From contig CBDIIB010000005.1 of the NCBI GenBank assembly GCA_965279525.1, positions 1,152,001 through 1,216,000 on the forward strand: a DNA stretch of 64,000 nt, in the 5' to 3' direction. Every line of letters begins with the position of its first letter. Positions within the stretch are counted from its first letter, which is position 1. The stretch is from Tagaea sp. (GTDB taxonomy: Bacteria; Pseudomonadota; Alphaproteobacteria; CACIAM-22H2). The position numbers and the translations under genes are program-made. Positions 32,166 to 42,222 of this stretch are shown piece after piece. Under the pieces are notes generated by a model that saw only the letters and a program-made list of their open reading frames with translations, made no database searches and had not been told where the DNA came from.

Positions 32166-33287
32166 ATGACTATCGCAGAAATTTCGTCGATCAGTTTCAA
32201 AGTATCCGAGAAGACTGTCTGGAACTTCATTCGAATCGCGGACTCTGACGGAAGAGTCGGCTGGGGCGAAGGCACGCTTGAGGGAAGACATCAGGAAGTC
32301 CGGGATATCATTACTCGTATTGCGCCTGAATTCATCGGTGACAAGGCAGCGCCGAGCTTCGAATCGATGCGGGCAAGGCCAGGTTTCAAACTCGATGATG
32401 CTGCTGCCGTCAGTGGCATTGATCAAGCGCTTAGGGATATCGAGGCGCAGAAGTTAGGAAGACCCCTTGCTGACATCCTTGGCGATAGAGATCGCCAAGA
32501 GGGCGTCCGGCTCTACGCCAATATCAACCGCGGCACCAAGGATCGTAGCGCCGAAGGCTTTGCAAAACGGGCCGCAGATGCTGTGGCATGCGGTTTCGGA
32601 GCGATAAAGATCGCTCCGTTCGACCATGTACGGCCCGATCAACTAAATACCTTGGCTGGCCGAAAGCTGTTCGATGAAGGTGTGCAGCGTATTCTGGCGG
32701 TACGAGACGCCATCGGGATGGATGTCGATTTGATGATCGATTGTCATTGGCGCCTGACAGAGGCAGCAGCTTCCGACTTGCTGGGTGAACTCAGATCGAT
32801 CCAACCCTACTGGCTCGAATGCCCTCTGATCGAAGTAGCTGACAACTTTACTTCGCTACGCAATCTGCGAGCCCGCGCCAACGACGCCGGAATCCGGCTT
32901 GCTGGTTGTGAAACTTTGATCGGTCTTGCTGGGTTCCTGCCGTTTCTGGAAGCCCGGGTCTACGACGTGATCATGCCGGACATCAAATATGTCGGAGGAG
33001 TCGATGAGATGTTGCGCGTTGGCGATGCCGCGGCGTCGCGCGGAACAGCTTGTTCGCCGCACAATCCGAGCGGTCCAGTTGCCCATGCCCATAGTCTGCA
33101 CGTGAGCACCCAACTATCCAACTTCCCGTTTTTGGAATTCCAATTTGCCGAGAGCCCGCTTTTCTTCAGCATAGTTTCCGGAGGCCTTCCGAATCCGGTC
33201 GAGGGTCGTTCTGCCATACCGATGGGACCAGGGATCGGTATTTCTCTCGACATGGTGGCTATCAGCCACAAACGGGTGGACAACTGA
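32166..33287 (+). CDS. mandelate racemase/enolase-superfamily acid-sugar dehydratase (DgoD-like)
   Basis: WNFIRI..DG.VGWGE, SGIDQAL.DI, K..PF, LMIDCH, WLE.P, PHNP.GP; ATG 32166. Confidence 0.85.
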   Translation: MTIAEISSISFKVSEKTVWNFIRIADSDGRVGWGEGTLEGRHQEVRDIITRIAPEFIGDKAAPSFESMRARPGFKLDDAAAVSGIDQALRDIEAQKLGRPLADILGDRDRQEGVRLYANINRGTKDRSAEGFAKRAADAVACGFGAIKIAPFDHVRPDQLNTLAGRKLFDEGVQRILAVRDAIGMDVDLMIDCHWRLTEAAASDLLGELRSIQPYWLECPLIEVADNFTSLRNLRARANDAGIRLAGCETLIGLAGFLPFLEARVYDVIMPDIKYVGGVDEMLRVGDAAASRGTACSPHNPSGPVAHAHSLHVSTQLSNFPFLEFQFAESPLFFSIVSGGLPNPVEGRSAIPMGPGIGISLDMVAISHKRVDN

Positions 33288-34111
33288 TGGGATCGCGTGA
33301 CCTCAAAGTCGATCTCGCTGGGCGCCGCGTGCTCGTGACGGGTGGAAGTCGCGGGATTGCTGCCGCAATCGTCTTAGCTTTTGCCGAAAACGGGGCTGAT
33401 GTTGCGTTCAGCTTTGCGCGAACTGCCGATCTGGCTGCCCAAAACGGCGACGCTGCCGACAAACTTCATCGGCAAGTCGCTAGTTCCGGGCGTCGTGTCA
33501 ACGCCATCGAGGCCGATCTTACGATTCCGGGAGCAGCCGCAACCATGGCGGAAACCGCCGAGCGGCAGCTCGGAGGCATTGATATCGTCGTCTTGAGCGC
33601 TTCGATCCAAGTTCATAAGCCCTTCCTGGAGATGCCGCCCGAAGACATCGGCCGTCAGTTCCAAGTCAATCTCACGTCCAACATCGAAACGCTTCAGAAG
33701 CTCATTCCCGGGATGCGGTCGCGAGGCTTCGGACGAGTCATCAATATTGGCAGCGTTCAGGAATCGGCACCGTCGATTGAGATGCCGGTGTATGCGATGA
33801 CAAAGTCCGCGATCGAGAATCTTGTTCGCAATCTTGCAGGCGAGAATGCGCCATTCGGAATCACGGTCAACAACATCGCGCCGGGCCTGATCGAAACCGA
33901 CAGAAATGCCTTTCGTAGGGCCGAGAGCATGGACAATTGGACTCGGCTTACCCGACGCGCAAATCCGATGCGGCGCGCCGGTCAACCCGAGGACATTGTC
34001 GGCGCAGCGTTGTTTCTTGCATCAAATGCCTCGGCGTTCGTAACCGGAACCACGATTCAGGCAACCGGAGGCGCCCACATACCGCGTGCCAGCAATGACC
34101 CGAGCGATTGA
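33287..34111 (+). CDS. SDR-family oxidoreductase
   Basis: TGGSRGI, YAMTK (YxxxK), NNIAPG. Confidence 0.92.
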   Translation: MGSRDLKVDLAGRRVLVTGGSRGIAAAIVLAFAENGADVAFSFARTADLAAQNGDAADKLHRQVASSGRRVNAIEADLTIPGAAATMAETAERQLGGIDIVVLSASIQVHKPFLEMPPEDIGRQFQVNLTSNIETLQKLIPGMRSRGFGRVINIGSVQESAPSIEMPVYAMTKSAIENLVRNLAGENAPFGITVNNIAPGLIETDRNAFRRAESMDNWTRLTRRANPMRRAGQPEDIVGAALFLASNASAFVTGTTIQATGGAHIPRASNDPSD

Positions 34112-34212
34112 GATTTGATGCCACTCAATTTGCCAAAACTGGTTGTCGATATATTCGGCCGGCTTCGCGAACTCGGCTGACCTGGATCACCACAACAACG
34201 CGACCATTACCA

Positions 34213-35169
34213 ATGGCAGAACAAACCGGGGGAACGACCTTGGCACCGACCTTTCCGCGCTACACGGGAATGTTCCCGATCGCCCCGACACCGTTCCACG
34301 AAAACGGCGACCTCGATCTCGATGGTCAGCGACGCGTGCTCGATTGCATGATCGACCAGGGCGTCGATGGCATCTGCATCCTTGCGAACTATTCCGAGCA
34401 GTTCCTGCTGACCGACCACGAGCGCGACACGCTGCTGGACGTCTGCCTGACGCATGTGGCCGGCCGCCTTCCGGTGATCGTTACCACCAGCCACTTCAGC
34501 ACAAGGATCGCCGCAGAGCGAAGCCGCAAGGCCGCCAAGGCGGGTGCCAAGATGCTTATGCTGATGCCGCCCTATCATGGCACGGCGCTTCGCGCCGACG
34601 AGTCCGGGATCCTCGAGCATTTCGCTGCAGTCGCCGAGGCAAGTGGGCTGCCGATCATGGTCCAGGACGCGCCGCTTAGCGGCGTCACGCTGTCGGCTTC
34701 CTTCCTTGCGCGGATGGCCAAGGAAATACCGAGTGTGTGCTACTTCAAGATCGAAGTGCCGTTCGCGGCCGACAAGCTGCGCAGCATGATCGAACTCGGC
34801 GGCAAGGGCATCGTCGGCCCTTTCGACGGAGAGGAATCGATCACGCTGATGGCCGATCTCGATGCGGGTGCCACTGGCACGATGGCAAGTGCGCTGCTGC
34901 CCGATCTGATCCGCCCTGTCGTGGTCGATTTCCTCGCTGGCCGCCGGAAGGAAGCTTATGCCGCCTATTCGCGGATCCTGCCGCTGATCAACTACGAGAA
35001 CCGGCAGTGTGGCCTGCGCGCGACAAAGGTGGCGATGAAGGAGGGTAAGGTGATCAAGAGTGAAGCCGTACGTCACCCCCTGAAGCCGATGCATCCGCTG
35101 GCGCGCGCCGGACTTTTGGATATCGCTAAGCCGCTTAATCTGATGGCATTGCGTTGGGGGTACATCTGA
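34213..35169 (+). CDS. araD: L-2-keto-3-deoxyarabonate dehydratase-like (DHDPS family)
   Basis: ILANYSEQF, VIVTTSHFST, MPPYHG, IMVQDAP, YFKIE, GPFDGEE.ITL.ADL, PLINYENRQ closely resemble Azospirillum L-KDA dehydratase. Confidence 0.8.
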   Translation: MAEQTGGTTLAPTFPRYTGMFPIAPTPFHENGDLDLDGQRRVLDCMIDQGVDGICILANYSEQFLLTDHERDTLLDVCLTHVAGRLPVIVTTSHFSTRIAAERSRKAAKAGAKMLMLMPPYHGTALRADESGILEHFAAVAEASGLPIMVQDAPLSGVTLSASFLARMAKEIPSVCYFKIEVPFAADKLRSMIELGGKGIVGPFDGEESITLMADLDAGATGTMASALLPDLIRPVVVDFLAGRRKEAYAAYSRILPLINYENRQCGLRATKVAMKEGKVIKSEAVRHPLKPMHPLARAGLLDIAKPLNLMALRWGYI

Positions 35170-35208
35170 TTCTCGTTACTCTTGGTTTCCATTCCATTTC
35201 CTTAGAGA

Positions 35209-35234
35209 ACGGACCTAAGTTCGGGGCAGGACCA
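35209..35234 (-). repeat. isolated IS3-family-like terminal repeat
   Basis: Reverse complement TGGTCCTGCCCCGAAC... shares TGG(T)CCTGCCCCG with the 24878 repeat, in inverted orientation. Confidence 0.45.
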
Positions 35235-35571
35235 AAAGGGCTCGAAGCTCGCTCCCGAGCTGGTTGGGAATCCGGGGCACCGTCAAATACGGAACAGACT
35301 TTACCCTCAACCGGGTGAGTTCAGGGGCTCAGGCCACCGGGAGCTTCATTGCTGGCGCCGATATACAGGTTACTGGCGGTAGCCATCTCAAAGGATACTA
35401 AAAGAGCGATGGCTTCCGATCTTGATATCGCCCGATCGGCACCGATAGACGATCGAGGCTATCTTGGTCGTAAGCTGAAGGTGCAACTCGACGAAACCCT
35501 CAAGAAGATAGCCGCCTATTCGATGATCCGCTGCACAGGAAAGTCGGACATGCACCGATGGGCCCGAAATT

Positions 35572-36462
35572 CTAGCGCGCCGCCGCGAACTGTCGGGCCA
35601 CCGCGATGAAACGCTCGAGCGTGCGCGAGCTGTTGCCCGCGCGCCAGGCGATGGCAAGTTCGGCGTTCGGCGTGTCAGCGGCAGCGAGCGGACGGTAGAC
35701 AACGCCGTCAAGCCGAAGGCGCGCCACTGACGTCGGCACGAACGCCACACCAAGGGCAGCGCCCACCAGCCCGATCATCGCATGTAGTTGGTTCACCTCC
35801 TGGACAATCTCGAGTTGGACGCCAGCGGCTTCGAGCCGCGCGCGGAAACGACTTTCGATATAGCGGCGCTTGCCAGCCGGCGTTGTGATGAGGTGCTCGC
35901 CGTTAAGTGCTGCAAGCGGAATCTCGCGCAACCGCGCCAACCGATGGAGGCGGGGGAGAGCGACTATGTAGGGCTCGCTGTAAATCAGCGTGTGCGTGAT
36001 CGCCCGGCCGAGATTGAGAGGCCGCACAAGGCCTACGTCCACACGCCCATCCCCGATCGCCGAAACCTGCTCGCCGGTCACCATCTCCTGCAAGGCGACC
36101 ATAACCGCCGGCATCGCCTCGCTGTAGGCCGAGATCAGCTTAGGCAGGATGTTGAATGGGGCCGCTTCGACGAACGCAACAGACAGCCGGCCGATCTGCC
36201 CAGCCTGCGCGCGCCTCGCCATGGTGACGGCGCGATCCATACTGCGGAGCGTCTCGTTGGCTTCCTCAAGGAAGACGCGTCCGGCATCGGTAAGGGCGAC
36301 GTGCTTGGGGCCGCGTGAAAACAGGCGCACGCCGAGCACGGTCTCGAGCCGGGCGATCTGATGGCTGAGCGCGGGCTGTGTGATGTTCAGCCGCGCGGCG
36401 GCCTTTGAGAAATGCAGGTCGTCCGCGAGGGTGACGAAAGAGGCAAGCTGGCGTCGGTCCAT
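35572..36462 (-). CDS. LysR-family transcriptional regulator
   Basis: LHFSKAAARLNITQPALSHQI.RLE HTH; divergent from second sulfatase. Confidence 0.93.
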   Translation of the reverse strand: MDRRQLASFVTLADDLHFSKAAARLNITQPALSHQIARLETVLGVRLFSRGPKHVALTDAGRVFLEEANETLRSMDRAVTMARRAQAGQIGRLSVAFVEAAPFNILPKLISAYSEAMPAVMVALQEMVTGEQVSAIGDGRVDVGLVRPLNLGRAITHTLIYSEPYIVALPRLHRLARLREIPLAALNGEHLITTPAGKRRYIESRFRARLEAAGVQLEIVQEVNQLHAMIGLVGAALGVAFVPTSVARLRLDGVVYRPLAAADTPNAELAIAWRAGNSSRTLERFIAVARQFAAAR

Positions 36463-36559
36463 TGGCGGTCCCTATCACTTCCAATTATAAAAATTATTGA
36501 TTGTAAGATAGTCTTTCATTAGCCGAGCATCGCCCCAAGGATCAAGGGGGAGACGCATC

Positions 36560-38053
36560 ATGGAGCGGTCGGAATCGGCCAGACGGCCGAACGTTCTTTT
36601 CGTGTCGGTCGACCAGTGGCCGGCATCGCTAATGGGAGTCGCGGGCCATCCGACGGTCGAGACCCCCACGCTCGACGCGCTCGCGGCGGTGGGCACTCGC
36701 TTCACGCGCGCCTATTCCGAGACGCCGATCTGCATTCCGGCACGCCGCTCGATGATGACGGGGACGAGCCCGCGCAAGCACGGCGACCGCGAATTCCAGA
36801 CCGCGCTGCCGATGCCGGCCGGCATGCCCACGCTTGCCGGCTGCTTCGGTGCCGCCGGCTACCAGAGCTTCGCGGTCGGCAAGCTGCATGTCTATCCGCA
36901 GCGCGACCGCATCGGCTTCGACGACGCGCTGATCGCCGAGGAAGGCCGCAGCCATCTGGGGGCCGTCGACGACTACGAGATATTCCTCGCCGACCGCGGC
37001 CATGCCGGCCAGCAGTTCATGCACGGCATGAGCAACAACGAATATGGCTGGCGCCCCTGGCACCTGCCCGAGGAGCTGCACGTCACGAACTGGACGACCG
37101 CGACGGCCGCGCGCACGATCAGGCGGCGCGATCCCACGCGCCCGGCGCTCTGGCACGTCTCGTATACGCATCCCCATCCGCCGATCGTGCCGCTGGCGAG
37201 CTATGTCGAGCGCTACCGCGACCGGAAGATCGAGCTGCCGCCGATGGGCGCCTGGGCGGCCGATCCCGCACGCCTGCCGCACGCGCTGCGCGCCGCGCGC
37301 GCCTTCTGGCCGCAACTGAAGCCGGCCGAGCATGCCGACATGCTGCGCGCGTTCTACGCGCAGTGCACGCATATCGACCACCAAATACGCATCCTGATCG
37401 GCACGCTGCGCGAGGAAGAGCTGCTCGACGATACCGTGATCCTCTTCACGGGCGACCATGGCGACATGCTGGGCACCCACGGCCTTTACGCCAAGCGGCT
37501 GATGTATGAAGGCTCGGTCGGCATCCCGATGATCCTCGTGGGTACTGCGGCGGATGCCGGCCTTGCGGGCAGGGTCGACGACCGGCTCGTCGGGTTGCAG
37601 GACGTGATGCCCACACTGCTGGGCCTGTGCGGACTGCCGGTGCCGGCAAGCTGCGAAGGGCGTTCGATGGTGGCCGGGGCCCGGCGCGAGACGCTCTATT
37701 GCGAATCGCTCGTGGGCAGGAAGGCGACGCGCATGGTCCATGACGGACGCAACAAGCTGATCTGGTACCCGGCGGGCAATTTCTTCCAGCTTTTCGACAT
37801 CGCCGAAGATCCCAAGGAACTGCACGACCGTGCGGCCGATCCGGCGTTCCGCCCGATGCTCGACAGGTTGAAGGCCGCGCTGCTCGCCGAGCTCTACGGT
37901 TCGGATGCCGGGTTCGTGAAGGACGGACGGCTTGTCGGCGAGCCGGATGCGCCGGACGACCGGAAGCCGAACCGGGGCCTTTCGGGCCAGCGCGGCGTGC
38001 ATTTCCCGCCGCTGGCACCGACCGACCCTTCGAAAGTCGTGGGGGCGGGATGA
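36560..38053 (+). CDS. Cys-type sulfatase (choline-sulfatase-like)
   Basis: PNVLFVSVDQ, CIPARRSMMTG, GKLH, HPHPP, GDHGDMLG. Confidence 0.92.
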   Translation: MERSESARRPNVLFVSVDQWPASLMGVAGHPTVETPTLDALAAVGTRFTRAYSETPICIPARRSMMTGTSPRKHGDREFQTALPMPAGMPTLAGCFGAAGYQSFAVGKLHVYPQRDRIGFDDALIAEEGRSHLGAVDDYEIFLADRGHAGQQFMHGMSNNEYGWRPWHLPEELHVTNWTTATAARTIRRRDPTRPALWHVSYTHPHPPIVPLASYVERYRDRKIELPPMGAWAADPARLPHALRAARAFWPQLKPAEHADMLRAFYAQCTHIDHQIRILIGTLREEELLDDTVILFTGDHGDMLGTHGLYAKRLMYEGSVGIPMILVGTAADAGLAGRVDDRLVGLQDVMPTLLGLCGLPVPASCEGRSMVAGARRETLYCESLVGRKATRMVHDGRNKLIWYPAGNFFQLFDIAEDPKELHDRAADPAFRPMLDRLKAALLAELYGSDAGFVKDGRLVGEPDAPDDRKPNRGLSGQRGVHFPPLAPTDPSKVVGAG

Positions 38054-38811
38054 ACGCGAAATCGCAGATGTCGCTGCCGAGTCTCGCCGGCCGGCGCGTG
38101 GTCGTCACGGGCGGTGCGTCGGGCATCGGCCGGTGCATCGTCGAGGCTTTTCTTGCGCAGGACTGCCTCGTCGAGGCGATCGACATCGACGAAGCTGCGG
38201 CCGATGCGCTGCGTGCCGCGAACCCGGGCGCACGGCTTTCGGTGCGTCTGGCCGATCTTGCCGATCCGGCCGCGCGCGCCGCGGCCATGCAGGCCGTGTC
38301 CGATGCCGGGCGCATCGACGTGATGGTGACCAATGCGGCGAACGACACGCGCCACGCCTGGTCGGACGTCACGCCGGATTCCTGGCGGCACACGCTGGCG
38401 ATCAATCTCGACCACCAGTTCTTCTGCGCACAGGCCGCGGCCCGCGCGATGACCGCACAGGGATCGGGCATCGTCGTCATGCTCGGCTCGATCACGGCGC
38501 GCCGCGGCTCGCCCGCCATGGCCGGATATCTCGTGGCCAAGGGCGGCGTCGAGGCGATGGTGCGCGGCCTCGCCCGCGAACTGGGGCCTGCAGGCGTGCG
38601 CGTCGTCGGCGTGGTGCCGGGTGCGATCGATACCGAACGCCAGCGCCGCCTGTGGCAGACGCCCGAGCGCGTCGAACAGATCCTGGCCGCACAGGCGATC
38701 CACCAACGCCTCGACGGCTGGGACATCGCGCAGATGGTCCTCTTCCTCGCGTCCGACAATGCGCGCGGCTGCACCGCGCAGAGCTACGTGGTCGATGCCG
38801 GCCTTACCTGA
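38050..38811 (+). CDS. SDR oxidoreductase (pentose dehydrogenase-like)
   Basis: TGGASGIG, NAANDTRH, YLVAK, TERQRRLW. Confidence 0.88.
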   Translation: MNAKSQMSLPSLAGRRVVVTGGASGIGRCIVEAFLAQDCLVEAIDIDEAAADALRAANPGARLSVRLADLADPAARAAAMQAVSDAGRIDVMVTNAANDTRHAWSDVTPDSWRHTLAINLDHQFFCAQAAARAMTAQGSGIVVMLGSITARRGSPAMAGYLVAKGGVEAMVRGLARELGPAGVRVVGVVPGAIDTERQRRLWQTPERVEQILAAQAIHQRLDGWDIAQMVLFLASDNARGCTAQSYVVDAGLT

Positions 38812-38834
38812 AAACAGAACCCGGAGGAACGCAG

Positions 38835-40112
38835 ATGAACAGCAAACTTACTCGGCGCCAGGCCCTTCTCGCCACCGGTACCGCCCTGGCGATGCCCTCG
38901 CTTGCTCGGGCACAGGCCGGCGACAGCCTCACCTATCTGGGCTGGAGCCATACCGAGGCCGGCAGCAAGCCCTTCCTCGACGGCGTGTTCGACGATTTCA
39001 AGAAGACGAACCCGGCCATCAGATTCGAGACGGTCGGCGTACCGTTCGGGCAGATGGAGACAACCGTCTTTCTGCGCAAGCGTTCGAACCAGCGGACCGA
39101 CGTGATTCAGATGCAGGAGCGCTGGCTGGCGACGTTCGTCGCAGCCGGCGGGATGGTTGATGTCGACAGGATCTTCGGCGCTGACTTCATCGACAGGACG
39201 TTCCATCCCAACTCGGTCGCCCAGGCGCGCGTGCGTGGCGGACGCTACGGCGTGCCGTGGGTGTCGGGTTCGACCGGGCTGGTGGCCAATACCAAGCTCC
39301 TGGCCGAGGTTGGCGTGCGCAAACCCGAGACGATGGACGAGCTTCTCGACACGATGCGCAAGATCAAGAAGGCCAAGCCCAACTCCAGCCCACTCGGCAT
39401 CACGACGAAGAATTTGTCGCTGACCCAGCTCGAGACGCAGCTCTTCTTCTGGCAATTCGGCGCGAAGTTCTTTGACGCGGGCGGAAAAGTCACGATCGAC
39501 AGCGATGCCGCACGCCAGGCGCTCGGCCTGTTGGCGACGATGACCAAGGAAGGCTTGATCGTGCCGGGCAACGACCGGTTCGATTTCCGGCGGCTCTTCG
39601 CGCAGGAATTGGTCGCCTTCTATCCCGATCCGCCGCTGGCTCGTGCCTTCGCGCGTGCCCAATCCGGCCAAGGCGAGGCCTACGACAGGTTCATCGCGCC
39701 CATGGCGACACCGGTGGTCAAGCGCGGCGACGATCCGGTTTCGATCCAGTGGTCACACCTGTTGGCATTTCCGGATTTCGGCGGCGCCAAACCGTCGGTC
39801 GACGGCCCGGTCGGCAAGTTCGTCACACATCTGGCGAAGCCGGATACCCAACTCGCCTATTTCCGGACGGCAGGCGTTTTCCCGACCACCAAGGCCGCCC
39901 TCGATACCCTTGCCTCGGACAGCTACGTGACCGAGTGGGTGGCCCTGTCGAAGTTCGCGCGGGCTGACGAGGTCGCACAGTTCTCGAACGGACCACAATT
40001 GCGCGACGTTATCGGCGAGGAGATCGTCGCAGCGATGCTCGGCCAGAAGACGGCCGCTGAGGCGATCGGCTCGATGTCGAAGCGTCTGACGGAAATCGGG
40101 CCGAAAACCTGA
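38835..40112 (+). CDS. sugar ABC substrate-binding protein (Tat signal)
   Basis: GGAGG SD, MNSKLTRRQALL, YGVPW, PETMDEL. Confidence 0.9.
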   Translation: MNSKLTRRQALLATGTALAMPSLARAQAGDSLTYLGWSHTEAGSKPFLDGVFDDFKKTNPAIRFETVGVPFGQMETTVFLRKRSNQRTDVIQMQERWLATFVAAGGMVDVDRIFGADFIDRTFHPNSVAQARVRGGRYGVPWVSGSTGLVANTKLLAEVGVRKPETMDELLDTMRKIKKAKPNSSPLGITTKNLSLTQLETQLFFWQFGAKFFDAGGKVTIDSDAARQALGLLATMTKEGLIVPGNDRFDFRRLFAQELVAFYPDPPLARAFARAQSGQGEAYDRFIAPMATPVVKRGDDPVSIQWSHLLAFPDFGGAKPSVDGPVGKFVTHLAKPDTQLAYFRTAGVFPTTKAALDTLASDSYVTEWVALSKFARADEVAQFSNGPQLRDVIGEEIVAAMLGQKTAAEAIGSMSKRLTEIGPKT

Positions 40113-41023
40113 TGTCTGTGGGCGGCATCACTGTAGCACGGTCGGGCGGACTCGGGCGGGCGCAGGCATGGTTCGGCTTCGGCCTGACCGTGCCGGCGCT
40201 CACCGGATTTGTGGTGTTGATCCTTGGGCCGTTCCTCGCATCCGTCTATTTCGCGCTCCACGAATACCGGATCGAATCCGCCGAACCAGTCTTCGTGGGG
40301 CTGCGGAATCTGGAGACATTGTGGCGAGAGACGACATTCTGGCAGTCGTGGCGCACGACCGTGATCTATGTCGCTGCGACGACCAGCCTCACGGCGTTTC
40401 TCGGCACGCTTTACGCGCTTTTCCTCAACGAGCCGTTCGGCGGTCGCGCCGTCGTGCGTGCGGCCTCGCTTCTCCCGTGGGTCCTGCCGAGTACGGTCAC
40501 TGCCTTCCTGTGGGCTTGGCTGTTCCATGGCCAGTACGGTGTGGTCAATGCGTTCCTGATGACGCTCGGCGTCATGCAGCAGCCCTTCTTCTGGCTGTCG
40601 ACCGGCAACGGCGCGCTTGCCGCAGTCATTCTTGCCAAGGCGTGGCTAAGTACGCCGATCGTGATGCTGTTCGTACTGGCGGCACTCCAGTCGCTGCCCG
40701 TCGAACAGGTGGAGGCGGCACGCCTGGACGGGGCTGGGGACGGTGCCGTGCTGCGCCATGTCGTGATGCCGCACATCTCGCGTACGCTCGGCATCGTTCT
40801 CGTCCTGCAGGCGATGGGCAACCTGCAGGTCTTCGACGTGATCTACGCGATGACGGCTGGCGGGCCCGTGCGCGCGACGACAGTACTTTCCATCGAAGTC
40901 TACCGGCGTGCGTTCGAGCAGTGGAATCTCGGCATGGCTGCGGCCATCGGCCTCGTATGGTTCGCGACGATCGCGGGAATTGCCATCGTCTACCTTCGCA
41001 TGCTGCTGAAGGATCAGGAATGA
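40112..41023 (+). CDS. sugar ABC transporter permease
   Basis: FVGLRN, LLPW, EAARLDGA, FDVIYAMTAGGP. Confidence 0.92.
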   Translation: MSVGGITVARSGGLGRAQAWFGFGLTVPALTGFVVLILGPFLASVYFALHEYRIESAEPVFVGLRNLETLWRETTFWQSWRTTVIYVAATTSLTAFLGTLYALFLNEPFGGRAVVRAASLLPWVLPSTVTAFLWAWLFHGQYGVVNAFLMTLGVMQQPFFWLSTGNGALAAVILAKAWLSTPIVMLFVLAALQSLPVEQVEAARLDGAGDGAVLRHVVMPHISRTLGIVLVLQAMGNLQVFDVIYAMTAGGPVRATTVLSIEVYRRAFEQWNLGMAAAIGLVWFATIAGIAIVYLRMLLKDQE

Positions 41024-41874
41024 TGGCGCCTGTCGTTTTCACCTCGCGCAGGCGCGGCGTCGTGCTGTTTCGCGGCGCTTTGTTCGTGGCCCTGCTCGTA
41101 TTTCTGTTTTTCCCCGTCTACTGGATGGTCGCCACATCGTTCCGTCCGCAGAACGAGGTGTTCGTCCAGTTTCCCACGCTGGTTCCGTTCACGCCGACTC
41201 TCGACAATTTCCGGCGCGCTTGGATCCAGTCCGACTTGCCGCTCTACCTGCGCAACAGCTTGGTCACGGCAGGCGGATCGGCGCTGCTGACGACGGCGAT
41301 TGCCGCGCTCGCGGCCTACGGCTTCGCGAAGTACCGGTTCTTCGCACGCAAGCCGCTGATGTACCTGATGATTTCGGCGCAGATGTTTCCCTTCGCTGTG
41401 ATCCTCATCAGCATCTATTCGCTGCTGCAGGCGCTCGACCTTCTCAACACGCTAGGCGGCCTGACGATCGCATATATCGTCTTCGCGCTGCCGGCGGCAA
41501 TCTACATCCTGTTCTCGTTCTTCATGCGCCTTCCGGACGAACTCATCGAAGCCGCGCGCATCGACGGTGCTAGCGAACTGCGGATTCTGATGCGCATCGT
41601 GTTGCCGCTCTCCGGTCCGGCCCTGATCGCCGTCGGCATTTACTCGTTCATGTGGGCGTGGAACGACCTGCTCTATTCGCTTACGCTCATCACGCGCGAC
41701 GACTCGCGCACGATCGGCCCCGGCCTATTGCTCGCCTTCTTTGGCGAGATGCAGCAGGACTGGGCCGGCGCTATGGCCGCCTCGATCCTTGCGGCCCTGC
41801 CGGCGGTGGTCGTATTCGGCATCCTTCAGCGCTATTTCGTCCAGGGGTTAACAGCGGGCGCAGTGAAGAGCTAG
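41020..41874 (+). CDS. sugar ABC transporter permease
   Basis: ATGA overlap with previous gene; EAARIDGA, WNDL, QRYFVQGLTAGAVK. Confidence 0.92.
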   Translation: MMAPVVFTSRRRGVVLFRGALFVALLVFLFFPVYWMVATSFRPQNEVFVQFPTLVPFTPTLDNFRRAWIQSDLPLYLRNSLVTAGGSALLTTAIAALAAYGFAKYRFFARKPLMYLMISAQMFPFAVILISIYSLLQALDLLNTLGGLTIAYIVFALPAAIYILFSFFMRLPDELIEAARIDGASELRILMRIVLPLSGPALIAVGIYSFMWAWNDLLYSLTLITRDDSRTIGPGLLLAFFGEMQQDWAGAMAASILAALPAVVVFGILQRYFVQGLTAGAVKS

Positions 41875-42222
41875 GTGCAGGTAGAAAGTCAGAAAGGAAT
41901 TGCTTGGAATTTAATGACGCCAGAGTTGGAGGTCGAGGGTCGAAAAATTGCTCCGTTAACCCCTGATTCGACAAACAGGGATGCGCATGGATTCGCTTTC
42001 GACTTTCAATAGGCCACCGGCAAGTGGCTGATTTTCTAGCCCAGCTTCGTCCAGGCTGATCGACGCCGCCGTGAAATAGAGTGTTAGCGTTTCGGGCTCG
42101 CCGATTGCGTAGCTTGTCACTTGGGAGATCAGGCTTGCCGATGAAAGTGGCAAGTCCGGATTAGGTATGAGTATGTATATGTTTCCAACGATATAGCGAT
42201 AACTCGTACTGGCCTGCTGTAA

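Noticed and set aside
35349-35609. 86-aa ORF between araD and LysR
   Set aside because: No recognisable motif or SD, overlaps the LysR 3' end; probably a degraded remnant
42181-42187. Internal GTTTCCA copies (also near 24860 and 35186) as nested transposon ends
   Set aside because: Only the 7-mer matches; the CAAAG/GCCCGA part of the IR and a TSD are absent, consistent with chance
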